DNA of 64,000 nt from a virus. Shown here piece by piece: positions 9,984 to 19,936 of the stretch. Location: IMG/VR virus record IMGVR_UViG_3300044568_003751, positions 25,312 through 89,311 of that record. One strand, 5' to 3'. A model generated the notes under the pieces. It had not been told where the DNA came from. It did not search any database and saw only the letters and a program-made list of their open reading frames with translations. Position 1 is the stretch's first letter. Every line of letters starts with the position of its first letter. The position numbers and the translations under genes are program-made.

Positions 9984-11064
9984 TCAACATCTCCTGTAGT
10001 TCTTGCCACAACACAGTTTCAAAGCCGCCGTTGTAAAAATGATTCCAATTGTGTTGGATTACTTCCTGTGCGGCATCAAACAGGTCTTGTTTTGCTACCG
10101 GCGACAATTCGTCTAGGCTACGCAACAGGCTAGCAATACGTGCAATGCGCACATCGTCCTCTGCTGAGTCATAGCTTTCGTCCCAGATACCTTCAAATGT
10201 GCGGAAACCATAACTGCGCAAGTACGCAAGACTGCCTTGAGTGCCCACAACAACAAACGGCATGCCTAAGGCAATGGGTTTGAATGTTTTTTCTGTGATG
10301 TGATGTCTGCGTCCTGTGGCCACAGTCTCTGTCACTAGATACAACAAACTCTCTGCTGACTCATCAAACAGACTCAGCCAGCATGAATGCATGGGATGAT
10401 CTGTTTCACCTGCAAAGTTAATGGGTAGTAATTGTTTGGCAAATACTTCTTGTATGTCAGGATATTTGGTCGCCAAAGGTTTGATGGCGTCATAGATTGA
10501 AATGTCTTCAGCAGGACACACACTCGGACAACTGATGTGATTGTCCGTGAGTTTGTTTTTGAATATGTGATACAACATTTCCAGTCTATGTTGACGTTCG
10601 CCTGCAATAATGCGATTGGGCGCAATAAAAGTCTTTGTTATCTTACGCTCATCAGGCGGAGTAATCAAAAAGGTCTTATCGTATCCTCGATACCAATCTA
10701 GTGCTGCCCAGCCGTGAAAGAAGTAATAATAACTTTTCCATCCATACTTGGCGCATAGAGTATCTACATTGTCGCTATCACGCTCACTGGTACATATAGC
10801 ACCAATCGGAGGACGTTTATTTTGTAGATCTGCATTGTTTGCTCTAACATGCTCAAATGTTTCGGTGTGTATGTTCAAATGAATAGGCTCCTGGTCGAAA
10901 AAGAATATATAATTGTGTTCGTGCATGTTTTCTCTACCATACCCAATAACACTGTCAGGATCACTGCGCCCAAAAGGATCGCACATCAATGCACGTACAC
11001 CGGGACGATGTTGGCGCAACCAAGGCCAAAAAGTATTGTTGTAAATTTCATCTATTCTAATCAT
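9943..11064 (-). CDS. Hypothetical protein, glycosyltransferase-like (TEKTFKP family)
   Basis: ET..HITEKTFKPIALGMPF..LRSYGFRTF..DESYD. Confidence 0.65.
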   Translation of the reverse strand: MIRIDEIYNNTFWPWLRQHRPGVRALMCDPFGRSDPDSVIGYGRENMHEHNYIFFFDQEPIHLNIHTETFEHVRANNADLQNKRPPIGAICTSERDSDNVDTLCAKYGWKSYYYFFHGWAALDWYRGYDKTFLITPPDERKITKTFIAPNRIIAGERQHRLEMLYHIFKNKLTDNHISCPSVCPAEDISIYDAIKPLATKYPDIQEVFAKQLLPINFAGETDHPMHSCWLSLFDESAESLLYLVTETVATGRRHHITEKTFKPIALGMPFVVVGTQGSLAYLRSYGFRTFEGIWDESYDSAEDDVRIARIASLLRSLDELSPVAKQDLFDAAQEVIQHNWNHFYNGGFETVLWQELQEMLNGIDTDSGPNSQG

Positions 11065-12862
11065 GTATGACGTATTCTATTCGGGTGTAAAACCCAATCA
11101 ATTTGCACACGAGCGTGAGGCTGATTCGATTGAGCATGCGCAGACCATGAGCCGCACAAAATATTTTTGGTGGATCACATACTTATGTGACTACTCGGAG
11201 TGGGATTGGCTTTGGCAGCCCCCACCTTGGCAAGCACATCAACGTCATGCATGGCCCAGCCAATGGCAAAAAGATTCTGGTACATATCTAGTTCCGCGGT
11301 CAGCATACGCTGACACAAATTATCATCCCACACCCAGTATTATACGTGTTCACAGCGACAGTGTCAACTGGTCAATTCCCGACAGTATTGAATCTTTTGA
11401 CACCACTTGGCATCCAGATCCAACAGACCCGCCTTACATATATCAGTTTGGTACACAACATCAGCGCACTGGTGGTCCGCAATATTGTGTGCCCGGTGCT
11501 GTTGATCTAAAGTTTGTGGACCAAATGCGTGTGACAACCAGCAGAGTGGCCACTGCTGTATACGAAATTGATCACATGGATGGTAATGCGGGCAACATCG
11601 TCAACACCACTAGGCGTGTTCGTTACTTTGACAACTATCGAGACACACTCATACGCTTGGCTCGAAGCGTAGGCACTGAACATGAGTTTGTGTGGGTATG
11701 TTCCAGCATTTGTGATTATACCAATTTTGACTTTTCGTGGCATCCTGAGCAATGGCAAGCCACAATGTTACACGTATTTGCCAGCGATGGCGAGAAGTTT
11801 GGGGACACATTCTTCATGCATGTGCCCTCATTTGCTCGTCGTGCAGAACGTGCAGAATTGCTAGAATGGTATGACTGTAACTTTGTGAGTACCAGTGTGC
11901 CACGTAGACCCATGCCTGTAATAGAACACAACTACGATAGCCAAGCCCAAGCAGTTCAAGCATTGCCGTTTGATGGACCACTTGCTGTGTATACCACAAC
12001 AGATTATGTGCCGGGCAACTTGGCCACAGTTCCACTATGGAGAGAGAATGTCAAAACCATTGTGCCACTCTCAACAGGTGCTACCAGTGTGATTGTGCCC
12101 AAGACAGCGGTTCCCTATATCAAAACGCAGTTGTATGATTATCCTTATATAGACCGAACGCATCGCAAAGATAAAGATCAACCCCTGGACATTGTGTTTA
12201 TTGACAATGGTGAACGTGATGCTGACAGTAATTTTACACATCTTAATAGTGTAACATACAATTTAGAAAATAGATTACATCGAAGTTCCGGCGTGACGGG
12301 TCGTGTGGCCGCATACCAAGCAGCCGCCGACATGTCTAAAACTCCTTGGTTCTTTGCTGTGTTTGCTAAACTACGAGTCAACCAACACTTTGATTGGTCC
12401 TGGCAACCTGACCGCATGCAAGCGGCCAAGCACTATATCTTTCATGCACGAAACACAATCAATGATCTTGAATACGGTCACCAAGGCATGATTGCTTATA
12501 ATCGAAAACTCACACTAGAAAACACAGGTCAGGGCCTGGACTTTACACTGGACCAGCCACACGAAGTGGTGCCTGTACTATCAGGAGATGCCATATACTA
12601 TACCTCAAACTGGGTAGCCTGGCGCACAGCATTTAGAGAATGTCTGAAGTTACGGGCCAGTTTACCTGACGTAGAAAATGAATATAGATTAAAGCAATGG
12701 CTTGAGGTAGACCACGGTGCAGGCCGGTGGAGTTCAAAAGGTGCTCAAGATGCTGTGGAGTACTATGAAGAAGTTGGCGGCGATTTTGCAGCACTCAAGA
12801 AAAGTTATGAGTGGGCCTGGTTGGCCACTTATGCGTTGATCAAACGCAATATAGTGTCTTAG
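11063..12862 (+). CDS. Large hypothetical protein with three internal repeats, possibly GT-A-like
   Basis: Repeats KYFWW..CDYS.WDW.W.P / EFVWV..CDYT.FDFSWHP / PWFFAV..FDWSWQP. Confidence 0.7.
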   Translation: MYDVFYSGVKPNQFAHEREADSIEHAQTMSRTKYFWWITYLCDYSEWDWLWQPPPWQAHQRHAWPSQWQKDSGTYLVPRSAYADTNYHPTPSIIRVHSDSVNWSIPDSIESFDTTWHPDPTDPPYIYQFGTQHQRTGGPQYCVPGAVDLKFVDQMRVTTSRVATAVYEIDHMDGNAGNIVNTTRRVRYFDNYRDTLIRLARSVGTEHEFVWVCSSICDYTNFDFSWHPEQWQATMLHVFASDGEKFGDTFFMHVPSFARRAERAELLEWYDCNFVSTSVPRRPMPVIEHNYDSQAQAVQALPFDGPLAVYTTTDYVPGNLATVPLWRENVKTIVPLSTGATSVIVPKTAVPYIKTQLYDYPYIDRTHRKDKDQPLDIVFIDNGERDADSNFTHLNSVTYNLENRLHRSSGVTGRVAAYQAAADMSKTPWFFAVFAKLRVNQHFDWSWQPDRMQAAKHYIFHARNTINDLEYGHQGMIAYNRKLTLENTGQGLDFTLDQPHEVVPVLSGDAIYYTSNWVAWRTAFRECLKLRASLPDVENEYRLKQWLEVDHGAGRWSSKGAQDAVEYYEEVGGDFAALKKSYEWAWLATYALIKRNIVS

Positions 12863-13476
12863 TATGGATATTTTATTGGATTAGTACTACTACCTTGAGT
12901 ACGCCTTATATTTACAATTGGAGATGGAATGTAATTCCAGTTTAAAATATTTGAGCCCATTAATTTGTCGGAGTGCCCTGGACCATGTGTCTTGCAAAAT
13001 TCTACAAGTTTCTTTGCACCAGTCGGTGATAGCCAATAAGCAGAAGCACCTGCAGACCAAGAGCCTAATTTAGAACTTTGATGCAAAACATACGGGCGTG
13101 TTAGTTTTAATAAATCAAAATTAGTCTTGATTTCAATTAACTCCGCTGTAATTTCAGAGTCGTCTTCTAAAACTATAATCGGTTCATCTAAACTAATGCA
13201 CCGATTCCATAAAGTAAAATGACTAAAAAAACATCCATGTGCCCCAGGTAAATTTCCAAATTTATCTAAACGTTTGGTTGATCTTTTTGGCGGTGGTAAA
13301 TTGTATTCGCTCCAAATATTTTCTGGTAAGTTATACCCATTGACAGCGTTAAAAATTTCAGTTTGCCAATTAAATTCTTGACAGGATCTTATTGCATTGT
13401 TGTACCTGTGAAAAGCCGATTGTGAATGAATACCTGCATTTGAATATAGTAATGAAATAATATAAACTTTGTACAT
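12859..13476 (-). CDS. Glycosyltransferase family 25
   Basis: YIISL, FNAVNG, GCFFSH..LW, IVLEDD, AYWLSP.GAKKL; AT-rich. Confidence 0.85.
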   Translation of the reverse strand: MYKVYIISLLYSNAGIHSQSAFHRYNNAIRSCQEFNWQTEIFNAVNGYNLPENIWSEYNLPPPKRSTKRLDKFGNLPGAHGCFFSHFTLWNRCISLDEPIIVLEDDSEITAELIEIKTNFDLLKLTRPYVLHQSSKLGSWSAGASAYWLSPTGAKKLVEFCKTHGPGHSDKLMGSNILNWNYIPSPIVNIRRTQGSSTNPIKYPY

Positions 13477-14546
13477 TATACGATCTCTAACAACTGATCC
13501 ATGATGTATTCTACTTCTAAGTCTGTTAATTCGGGGTAGATAGGCAGACTTAGACAACGTCTACTGAGTGAGCTGGCAGCACTCAACATGTCGGGCCCTT
13601 GGTAGTGTTGGTATGCAGGAAGTTCGTGCAAAGGATGCTCGTAGTGAACTCTTGTGTCAATACCTGCCTTTAAGAGCCTGGCTCGAACTTGATCGCGGTC
13701 GTCTATGTCAATAACAAATTTGTGGAAGCAATGAGTATCAAAGTTTGTTTCGTTGATCAAACAACGCACAGGACTATCCTTGAATGCATCTATCCACTGT
13801 CTAGCAATGTACCTACGGCGTGCTTGCCAGTCGTTTATGTACTTTGTTTTGACTAACATTTGAGCACAGTCAACTTCACTCATACGTGAGTTTGTACCTA
13901 CTTCGGCATGCCCGGTGTTCTTGCCATTGTTGACCCAACCACGAGCGTAATTCAACAACTCGTAGTCATCTGTAACAACGGCACCACCATTGCCATAGTT
14001 GCCCAAGTTTTTCATGGGATCAAAACTAATTGCAGAAGCCATACCATGACGATACCTGCTACCAGCTAGCCAATGTTGTGCAGCATCTTCGATTAACGAT
14101 CCTTGCCTGTGCATCCAGTCCGGTAATGCAGCACCGTATAATCCTATGCCAAGTATGCCCTGGATTGATACCTCCTGGTCGATCTTGCTGTAATCCATGA
14201 TACCATATGCATCTGTGTCAACAAAATGTATATTCCAACCTGCACGAATAAAAGCATTGGCACTGGCCGGAAATGTCATGGACGGAACAAGTACAGTGGG
14301 AGGATGTATTCCTAGTCTTTGACGAACAAAGCTGGCAATAATTTCTAGTGCTTGTGTGCCTGAATGACAAGTAACAGCATGCTTGATATGATTTTCATAG
14401 GCCAACCATGACTCAAAGTTAGCAGTGTTTTCTGCATTCATGAGACGACCAGATGTTAGGACTTGATCCGTAACGTCCAGTATCTCTTTGCGTAGATTGT
14501 TATACTGTCTTTGAAGACCAGTAAACTGAATTAGAGAGCCATTCAT
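13476..14546 (-). CDS. DegT/DnrJ/EryC1/StrS PLP-dependent sugar aminotransferase
   Basis: SGTQAL, IEDAAQ, SFDPMKNLGNYGNGG, LSLPIYPEL. Confidence 0.92.
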   Translation of the reverse strand: MNGSLIQFTGLQRQYNNLRKEILDVTDQVLTSGRLMNAENTANFESWLAYENHIKHAVTCHSGTQALEIIASFVRQRLGIHPPTVLVPSMTFPASANAFIRAGWNIHFVDTDAYGIMDYSKIDQEVSIQGILGIGLYGAALPDWMHRQGSLIEDAAQHWLAGSRYRHGMASAISFDPMKNLGNYGNGGAVVTDDYELLNYARGWVNNGKNTGHAEVGTNSRMSEVDCAQMLVKTKYINDWQARRRYIARQWIDAFKDSPVRCLINETNFDTHCFHKFVIDIDDRDQVRARLLKAGIDTRVHYEHPLHELPAYQHYQGPDMLSAASSLSRRCLSLPIYPELTDLEVEYIMDQLLEIV

Positions 14547-15471
14547 AGTATTTTTGGAATCCTTCTTCAACGTCTACTTTGGGATCAAAGCCAAGTATGG
14601 TTCTTGCACGATCGATATTTAACGCACCGCGACTTGGGAAGTCTGCGTCTTTGTCACGTGTTTCAATTGTGCCTCGGCCCACAATCTTCACAATCATTTC
14701 TGCGGCTTCTAGCAAACTTACCGAGTGTGATTTGGTAATGTTGAATGTTTTATTGGCACTCATGATACGTGTAGCCGCCGCAACAACGCCATCCGCGGCG
14801 TCATCCACATAGGTAAAGTCTAACGTCTCCCCTGCACCATTAACATTGAGCACGCCTCCTCGCATGGCTGTGAGCATAAATTTAGCCACCACTCGGTCTT
14901 CCACGTCCAAGGGTCCGTATACAGCACTAGGGCGAATAATAGCGTAGTCAAAGCAACCACGACGATGATAGTCTTTAACAAGGTCTTCTCCTGCAAGTTT
15001 CATAATTCCATATTGTCCAATTGGACGGCATGGGTCATCTTCTAGCACCTGGTCTTCAAAGTCTCCATACACCATGCTACTAGATATGTACACAACACGT
15101 TCGACTCGGTGTTTTTTGGCACTCTCGCAAACGTTGATCAATCCCTCCATCATGACTCTAGCACCCCATGCAGGGTTGGCATTCACAACTTTTTGTCGAG
15201 GAAAGCTGGCCATGTGTATGATTACTTCTGGCCGGTGATTCTCTACCACACGATCAAACGCTTCGGCATCAGAGATATCAGTGCGATATATGTGCTGTGT
15301 TTTAATCTTCTTACGTCTCTCATCCAACAAGTACTCTAGTTCGTCTTGCGGAATAATACCATAGTTGGTCATAATGTCCACAATCACAACTTCGTGTTCT
15401 TTTGCTTCTAATCGTTCGACTACATTGTGTCCAATCAGACCCATGCCCCCGGTTACTAAAAATTTACTCAT
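14500..15471 (-). CDS. NAD-dependent epimerase/dehydratase
   Basis: TGGMGLIG, SSSMVYG, YGIMK, DFTYVDD. Confidence 0.92.
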   Translation of the reverse strand: MSKFLVTGGMGLIGHNVVERLEAKEHEVVIVDIMTNYGIIPQDELEYLLDERRKKIKTQHIYRTDISDAEAFDRVVENHRPEVIIHMASFPRQKVVNANPAWGARVMMEGLINVCESAKKHRVERVVYISSSMVYGDFEDQVLEDDPCRPIGQYGIMKLAGEDLVKDYHRRGCFDYAIIRPSAVYGPLDVEDRVVAKFMLTAMRGGVLNVNGAGETLDFTYVDDAADGVVAAATRIMSANKTFNITKSHSVSLLEAAEMIVKIVGRGTIETRDKDADFPSRGALNIDRARTILGFDPKVDVEEGFQKYYEWLSNSVYWSSKTV

Positions 15472-15794
15472 TTATTATTTTCCCATTTGAGTCGCCAAAA
15501 AGTTTCGTTTTGTTCGCTGAGTCTGGCCACAATACGATACATGTGTCCATAACTATGTGGGTCCATGCTACGAGTCCAGTAAGGTTTGTCCACAGCATTT
15601 TCCATTATGAATCGGCCAGCATCTGATTCTTGCCATTTGTATATGGGTTCTGCTACAAATAAGTCCGGATCTTCTACATCGCCCATGCGTATCTCGTGTA
15701 CACATACATCACGAAAGCGCACTGCCTTATCGCCGATAATTTTGACTTGTTCAGGTTGCCAGTGGTCTGGTTGTTCCGTGTGTGTTATTGCCAT
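15468..15794 (-). CDS. Hypothetical protein
   Basis: 108-aa ORF coupled to the epimerase. Confidence 0.7.
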   Translation of the reverse strand: MAITHTEQPDHWQPEQVKIIGDKAVRFRDVCVHEIRMGDVEDPDLFVAEPIYKWQESDAGRFIMENAVDKPYWTRSMDPHSYGHMYRIVARLSEQNETFWRLKWENNK

Positions 15795-15814
15795 ACACTA
15801 GTATAGCAGATGGA

Positions 15815-16486
15815 TCAAGTTTTTGCAACTAGATCGGTGGCCATTGGGAAGATTGCAGCAATGGCTCGAGCACACTCAACTGCCACTGCTTGATGTTCTA
15901 GTTGTGTACCATTACCTGAACGTAGTTCAATAAAGTGTATCCATGATCGCAAGGTACCGTTCATGTATAGTCGACTTTGTATCAGGCCTTCAGGCAGCAC
16001 AGCACGTGCCTGTTCCTTGGCAATACCGTTAGCAATAGCCCATTCGTACTCGCGTCGGGCTGCATAGATCACACGTTGTTGAGCACGATACCACTCGTTC
16101 TCCAACAAGTGATCCGCATGCTCTATGCTGTTTTGTCGATTCTTTGGGTCTTGAAGTCTTCCACTGCGGGTAACAAACTCAAGATCCGTTGTCGGGTCAG
16201 CATATCGTTGACTGAATTCTTGGAAACTGAAACTTCGGTGTCTGAGGATTTGCCGTGCAATATCTCGTGTTGTCGTAATTTCCATGCAAGCTGAAACCAT
16301 TTCGAGTGGACTCCAATGCTGGTGTCGCACAAGGTAACGGATGAGTTTTTCGCTGGTTTCGTTGTTGAACTGGTTGGAGGGATTGGATACTCGTGCGCAG
16401 AAAGCGATAAGTTCTTGAGCATCGTCAATGCCCTGGGTTCTAAAGTCTTCTGTTGGTTGCGAATAGGAGACAAGTCGGACATTCAT
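15815..16486 (-). CDS. thyX: FAD-dependent thymidylate synthase
   Basis: HWSPLE, RQILRHRSFSFQEFSQRY, EQARAVLP. Confidence 0.97.
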   Translation of the reverse strand: MNVRLVSYSQPTEDFRTQGIDDAQELIAFCARVSNPSNQFNNETSEKLIRYLVRHQHWSPLEMVSACMEITTTRDIARQILRHRSFSFQEFSQRYADPTTDLEFVTRSGRLQDPKNRQNSIEHADHLLENEWYRAQQRVIYAARREYEWAIANGIAKEQARAVLPEGLIQSRLYMNGTLRSWIHFIELRSGNGTQLEHQAVAVECARAIAAIFPMATDLVAKT

Positions 16487-16797
16487 ATATCTTTTAAAAG
16501 TCGATCAGTTTCGGGTTGTACAAGTTTGGCAACTTCAGTAACATCAACCACAAAGTCAATGTCACGAACTGTGTCGCCAAGTTCGGTTAGTGTGCGGGTC
16601 AACACCATCTCAAGTTCTTCAAGATCAAGTCCTTGGCGGCGTAACGTAGCCAAGTTCAAAGTTCTTTGTCGCCGACCATCTTGACTACCGCCCAACTTGA
16701 TCACAACTTTTTTGATGCATTCAAGTGGAACTTCGGTCTTGGTCACTTCAGAGATTATGTGTTCCCACTGTTGTATAAATTCATCACTGAACGGCAT
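16483..16797 (-). CDS. Hypothetical protein
   Basis: 104-aa ORF overlapping both neighbours. Confidence 0.7.
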   Translation of the reverse strand: MPFSDEFIQQWEHIISEVTKTEVPLECIKKVVIKLGGSQDGRRQRTLNLATLRRQGLDLEELEMVLTRTLTELGDTVRDIDFVVDVTEVAKLVQPETDRLLKDI

Positions 16798-17521
16798 CAG
16801 CAGTCGCTAGCTTGGCTTTGGGAGGACGACCTTTTTTAGGTGCAGTTGTGACAACAGGATCAGCCATGGTATAGTCTGATAAGTTCACAGCAGGATTCAA
16901 TCCTTGTGCTTGCTTTTTCATTCTGGCAGCTTCGGCAATCATGCCTTTGGCTTCTGATTCCATGCGCTTGGCCTGTGCCAACATGTTGGCCGCAAGAGTC
17001 TTGTCATCCAGGGCACCATCCGGGGATTGTAGTGGTGGAACATAAGGTGTGGCTGTGTCTTGTGATTTGCGTTCTTCTCTACGTTTGTATTCTGCTTCGG
17101 CCTTGCGCTTTTGTGCAGGATCAACAAAGCCAGCACTGGCGTCAATTTCTTGCAGTCGCTTGAGTGCTTCGCCGCCTTGTTCCATCTCACGGATGATCTT
17201 GTTCATCTCATCCAGTTTGACTGAACTCTGTGTTGTGGGAGTTACAATTACTTGATTGGTAGGCACCTTCTTGATCATGCCTTCTCGGTGCAAGGCTTCC
17301 AGTTGTGGACGACCATCTGGCAGGAGATTGCGATGCAATACTTCAGACAGATTGGTAGCTGCCTGTCCAGCAGGGCTTTCCAGCGTGGACATGATTGAGT
17401 TATGAATGTGTGTGGGCAATGTGTCGGGATATACCACAAGGCACATGTGATCCTCGCCTGGTACTTCTCTAAAGAGCAGTGCAACCTTGCGGTCTCCGTG
17501 TCGTCCTATATGTTTAAGCAT
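16784..17521 (-). CDS. Hypothetical protein with C-terminal AT-hook-like KKGRPPK
   Basis: Start MLKHIGRHG preceded by AAGGAG RBS; coiled-coil C-terminus. Confidence 0.75.
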   Translation of the reverse strand: MLKHIGRHGDRKVALLFREVPGEDHMCLVVYPDTLPTHIHNSIMSTLESPAGQAATNLSEVLHRNLLPDGRPQLEALHREGMIKKVPTNQVIVTPTTQSSVKLDEMNKIIREMEQGGEALKRLQEIDASAGFVDPAQKRKAEAEYKRREERKSQDTATPYVPPLQSPDGALDDKTLAANMLAQAKRMESEAKGMIAEAARMKKQAQGLNPAVNLSDYTMADPVVTTAPKKGRPPKAKLATADAVQ

Positions 17522-17714
17522 TGGTATCTCCTTGTGGTGGTGCTTGGTCTGTTTGATCTTGTTGCTTACTGGCCTCAAGGAATCTAGACAGTTTGTCGTA
17601 AGTTTCTCCTACTCTGGTCATCTCTGCGGCTCGAAAAGCACCTCGAGTGCATGCGGCATCGATAAGAGCATGTAATGATGCTAAATCAGCAATGGTAAGT
17701 TGAGTGTTTTCCAT
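17514..17714 (-). CDS. Hypothetical protein
   Basis: 66 aa; TAAATA motif 5 nt upstream of ATG. Confidence 0.7.
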   Translation of the reverse strand: MENTQLTIADLASLHALIDAACTRGAFRAAEMTRVGETYDKLSRFLEASKQQDQTDQAPPQGDTNA

Positions 17715-17738
17715 ATAGATATTTACTGTCTACATATC

Positions 17739-18623
17739 TCAAGAAATAATTTCAGTCGGTATTTTGGAGAAATTCACTAGTCCCAATTGCTGTCTAATTA
17801 GTTCAATAGGAAGCGTGATTGTAGGCAGAAACGGCATTTGTAATCTTAACTGATTCTGGTAATTATCTTTTACAGGGTGTAATCTTTCAAAACCATTCAT
17901 TTTGACTCTACGTTCCATCTCGGGCCAAGCACGTTGAAATTCTAATATTTTTTCAGGACTTACCCCAAGCGGATTCTGCACAAAGTAATTAACATCTTGA
18001 CAAACTATTTTTAGTACTGAACTGTCTAAATACGCCGCTATCAGTTCAGGAGTAGTTTCATAAAAACTAGGATAGTGTCGATTGCCGTGTGATTTATTCC
18101 ATTCGTGGGTCATCACATGTGTAGGACTATACTTTATTACTGGTTGTCCTGCATGTTTAGAAATTGCATCTTCGCGACCTCCCATGATTAAACTATATCC
18201 TTGTTGTTCTGCTTGTTCCATTAACCAAAGTTGTAGATATCTAAAAACTTCGTGGCTTTTATATCCTTGATCAATATAAGGTTTTGCACCTTGCTCAATG
18301 AAATTCAATATGTCAACATTCAATACAATTGGATTAATTTTATGTTGAGTGCAGAATTTAAAAGCCCATTCTATATCTTGTTCATTGTACTTGTCATTAT
18401 ATTGCATAATGAATACAACAAAGTCTATTTCTTGTTCAATTAGACTGCGACAAATAACTTCGCTATCAATTCCACCACTGAATGCAACTGCTAGTGGTGC
18501 AGTGGCAGATTTAGCAATAAGTCGAACAGTGGTGTTAACTTCTTCACGTAACGATCCTGCTTGCCTATTAATTGGCTTAAAACTCACAGTAAAAGGATAT
18601 AAAGTATAATCAAATGCTAACAT
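17739..18623 (-). CDS. PP-loop (N-type ATP pyrophosphatase) protein of unknown function
   Basis: AFSGGIDSE motif; AT-rich. Confidence 0.65.
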   Translation of the reverse strand: MLAFDYTLYPFTVSFKPINRQAGSLREEVNTTVRLIAKSATAPLAVAFSGGIDSEVICRSLIEQEIDFVVFIMQYNDKYNEQDIEWAFKFCTQHKINPIVLNVDILNFIEQGAKPYIDQGYKSHEVFRYLQLWLMEQAEQQGYSLIMGGREDAISKHAGQPVIKYSPTHVMTHEWNKSHGNRHYPSFYETTPELIAAYLDSSVLKIVCQDVNYFVQNPLGVSPEKILEFQRAWPEMERRVKMNGFERLHPVKDNYQNQLRLQMPFLPTITLPIELIRQQLGLVNFSKIPTEIIS

Positions 18624-18835
18624 TTTTGAGTCCCTAAAAATTGATTCAATCGATCGACTGCTTCGTTGAAGTCCACTGCCCAAACCCGTGCTTCTAATAT
18701 GTTACCTGTGATCTGCATGTCAAACGGTATGACACCGCCGAACGCAAAATCATCTGGAAGTTCTGTAGTTACCACAAATTCCTGCAAATTCTTTGCTCTA
18801 AAGATCAAGTTAGTGGCCATGTCGACTGAGTTCAT
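18617..18835 (-). CDS. Hypothetical protein
   Basis: Small ORF in a coupled string. Confidence 0.6.
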   Translation of the reverse strand: MNSVDMATNLIFRAKNLQEFVVTTELPDDFAFGGVIPFDMQITGNILEARVWAVDFNEAVDRLNQFLGTQKC

Positions 18836-19071
18836 TTGTACTCCTTAATATCCTTGTGCTTGACAATGATAAAGTTATATATGCGATTGTCATGCCGGAT
18901 GGGTAAATCTAGGTGTATGGTGATCTCAGGACCGTCCCGGTGGTTGAGCAAGCGATCGTTGCCAACCGTGCCCACAAACGGGATCCGGTTCCACTTACCT
19001 GTAACACGATCACCTATGTCCCATACGGCTTGGTAGCCTATACGGTCAAAGTAATCAGTTTGACTGCCCAT
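18832..19071 (-). CDS. Hypothetical protein
   Basis: Small ORF in a coupled string. Confidence 0.6.
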   Translation of the reverse strand: MGSQTDYFDRIGYQAVWDIGDRVTGKWNRIPFVGTVGNDRLLNHRDGPEITIHLDLPIRHDNRIYNFIIVKHKDIKEYK

Positions 19072-19240
19072 GCTGACCCATTTTTTTGCCAGACAGCAAC
19101 AAGTTTACTACTGAAACAAATAGACTCAAACTGCCATATGCCATGTCGCCTCGAGCAAAGTAATCTGCGGCAACCATCAAACTAACACCTGACACAAAGC
19201 CAGAAATAACATCTTGATGTTTTATTATCCATGCGTACAT
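19055..19240 (-). CDS. Small membrane protein
   Basis: Two hydrophobic segments. Confidence 0.6.
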   Translation of the reverse strand: MYAWIIKHQDVISGFVSGVSLMVAADYFARGDMAYGSLSLFVSVVNLLLSGKKMGQHGQSN

Positions 19241-19461
19241 TATATTAAATCCTTAAACATTTTTTTACGTCCTTCTTCACCAATGTGATAGTCGAACAAT
19301 TCTCTTGTGCGTTGCAACATAGCACAAGCCATCATCAATTGATCCTCACGATCATCGCACATGAGGATCTGTTGCTCTATCGGACGCATGAGGTCAGCCA
19401 TGCGTTTTTGAATCTCGCTCACATCTTTCTTTCGTGAATCATTGATTCGAAAGTTTCCCAC
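19240..19461 (-). CDS. Hypothetical protein (true start probably GTG near 19422)
   Basis: Small ORF in a coupled string. Confidence 0.55.
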   Translation of the reverse strand: MGNFRINDSRKKDVSEIQKRMADLMRPIEQQILMCDDREDQLMMACAMLQRTRELFDYHIGEEGRKKMFKDLI

Positions 19462-19628
19462 AAGAGATTGAACTTGCGCTCGTAGTATTCGGCTAGTACC
19501 TTGAAATCTTCTGTTGCGGCACCTTGATCGACGTACATTTGAATGTCAGATGTGACCTTCCAGCACTCCAAAATCTCCTGCTCAAGATCAAATCGATCTT
19601 TTGTTTTCTCAATCATTTCGATTTCCAT
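19419..19628 (-). CDS. Hypothetical protein
   Basis: Small ORF, DRFDLEQEILECW. Confidence 0.6.
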   Translation of the reverse strand: MEIEMIEKTKDRFDLEQEILECWKVTSDIQMYVDQGAATEDFKVLAEYYERKFNLLWETFESMIHERKM

Positions 19629-19764
19629 CGGGGTTCCTCCATTGGTGTTTGGCCAGTCGGGCCTCTTGATAAATCCTCTTACACAAGGTCCATACAGGAT
19701 GCCAAAAGTATCCTAGTACAAAACCCCAGACAAAAGGTCCCAGTGCTTGCAAAAAGTCATGCAT
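19609..19764 (-). CDS. Small membrane protein
   Basis: MHDFLQALGPFVWGFVLGYFW hydrophobic N-terminus. Confidence 0.55.
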   Translation of the reverse strand: MHDFLQALGPFVWGFVLGYFWHPVWTLCKRIYQEARLAKHQWRNPDGNRND

Positions 19765-19936
19765 GTTGACTCCATTTGATATATCCACCATTGGTCTCAC
19801 TCCACGGACAATATTGTTCCCATAGTACTTTGCTTGTGTCGGGATTTTCTTTGATCAGTTGGTCTATACCGGGTCGAGTAGTATACCCATCCAAACTCCA
19901 GTCGTGATTTTTTAGTGCAGTTTCAAGTTCGGTCAT
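19757..19936 (-). CDS. Hypothetical protein (59 aa, MTELETALKNHDW...)
   Basis: Read by eye; fills the gap with overlaps at both ends. Confidence 0.6.
   Translation of the reverse strand: MTELETALKNHDWSLDGYTTRPGIDQLIKENPDTSKVLWEQYCPWSETNGGYIKWSQHA

Noticed and set aside
17739-18623. queC call for the SGGxDS proteins
   Set aside because: No C-terminal zinc-binding Cys cluster and not adjacent to the que genes.
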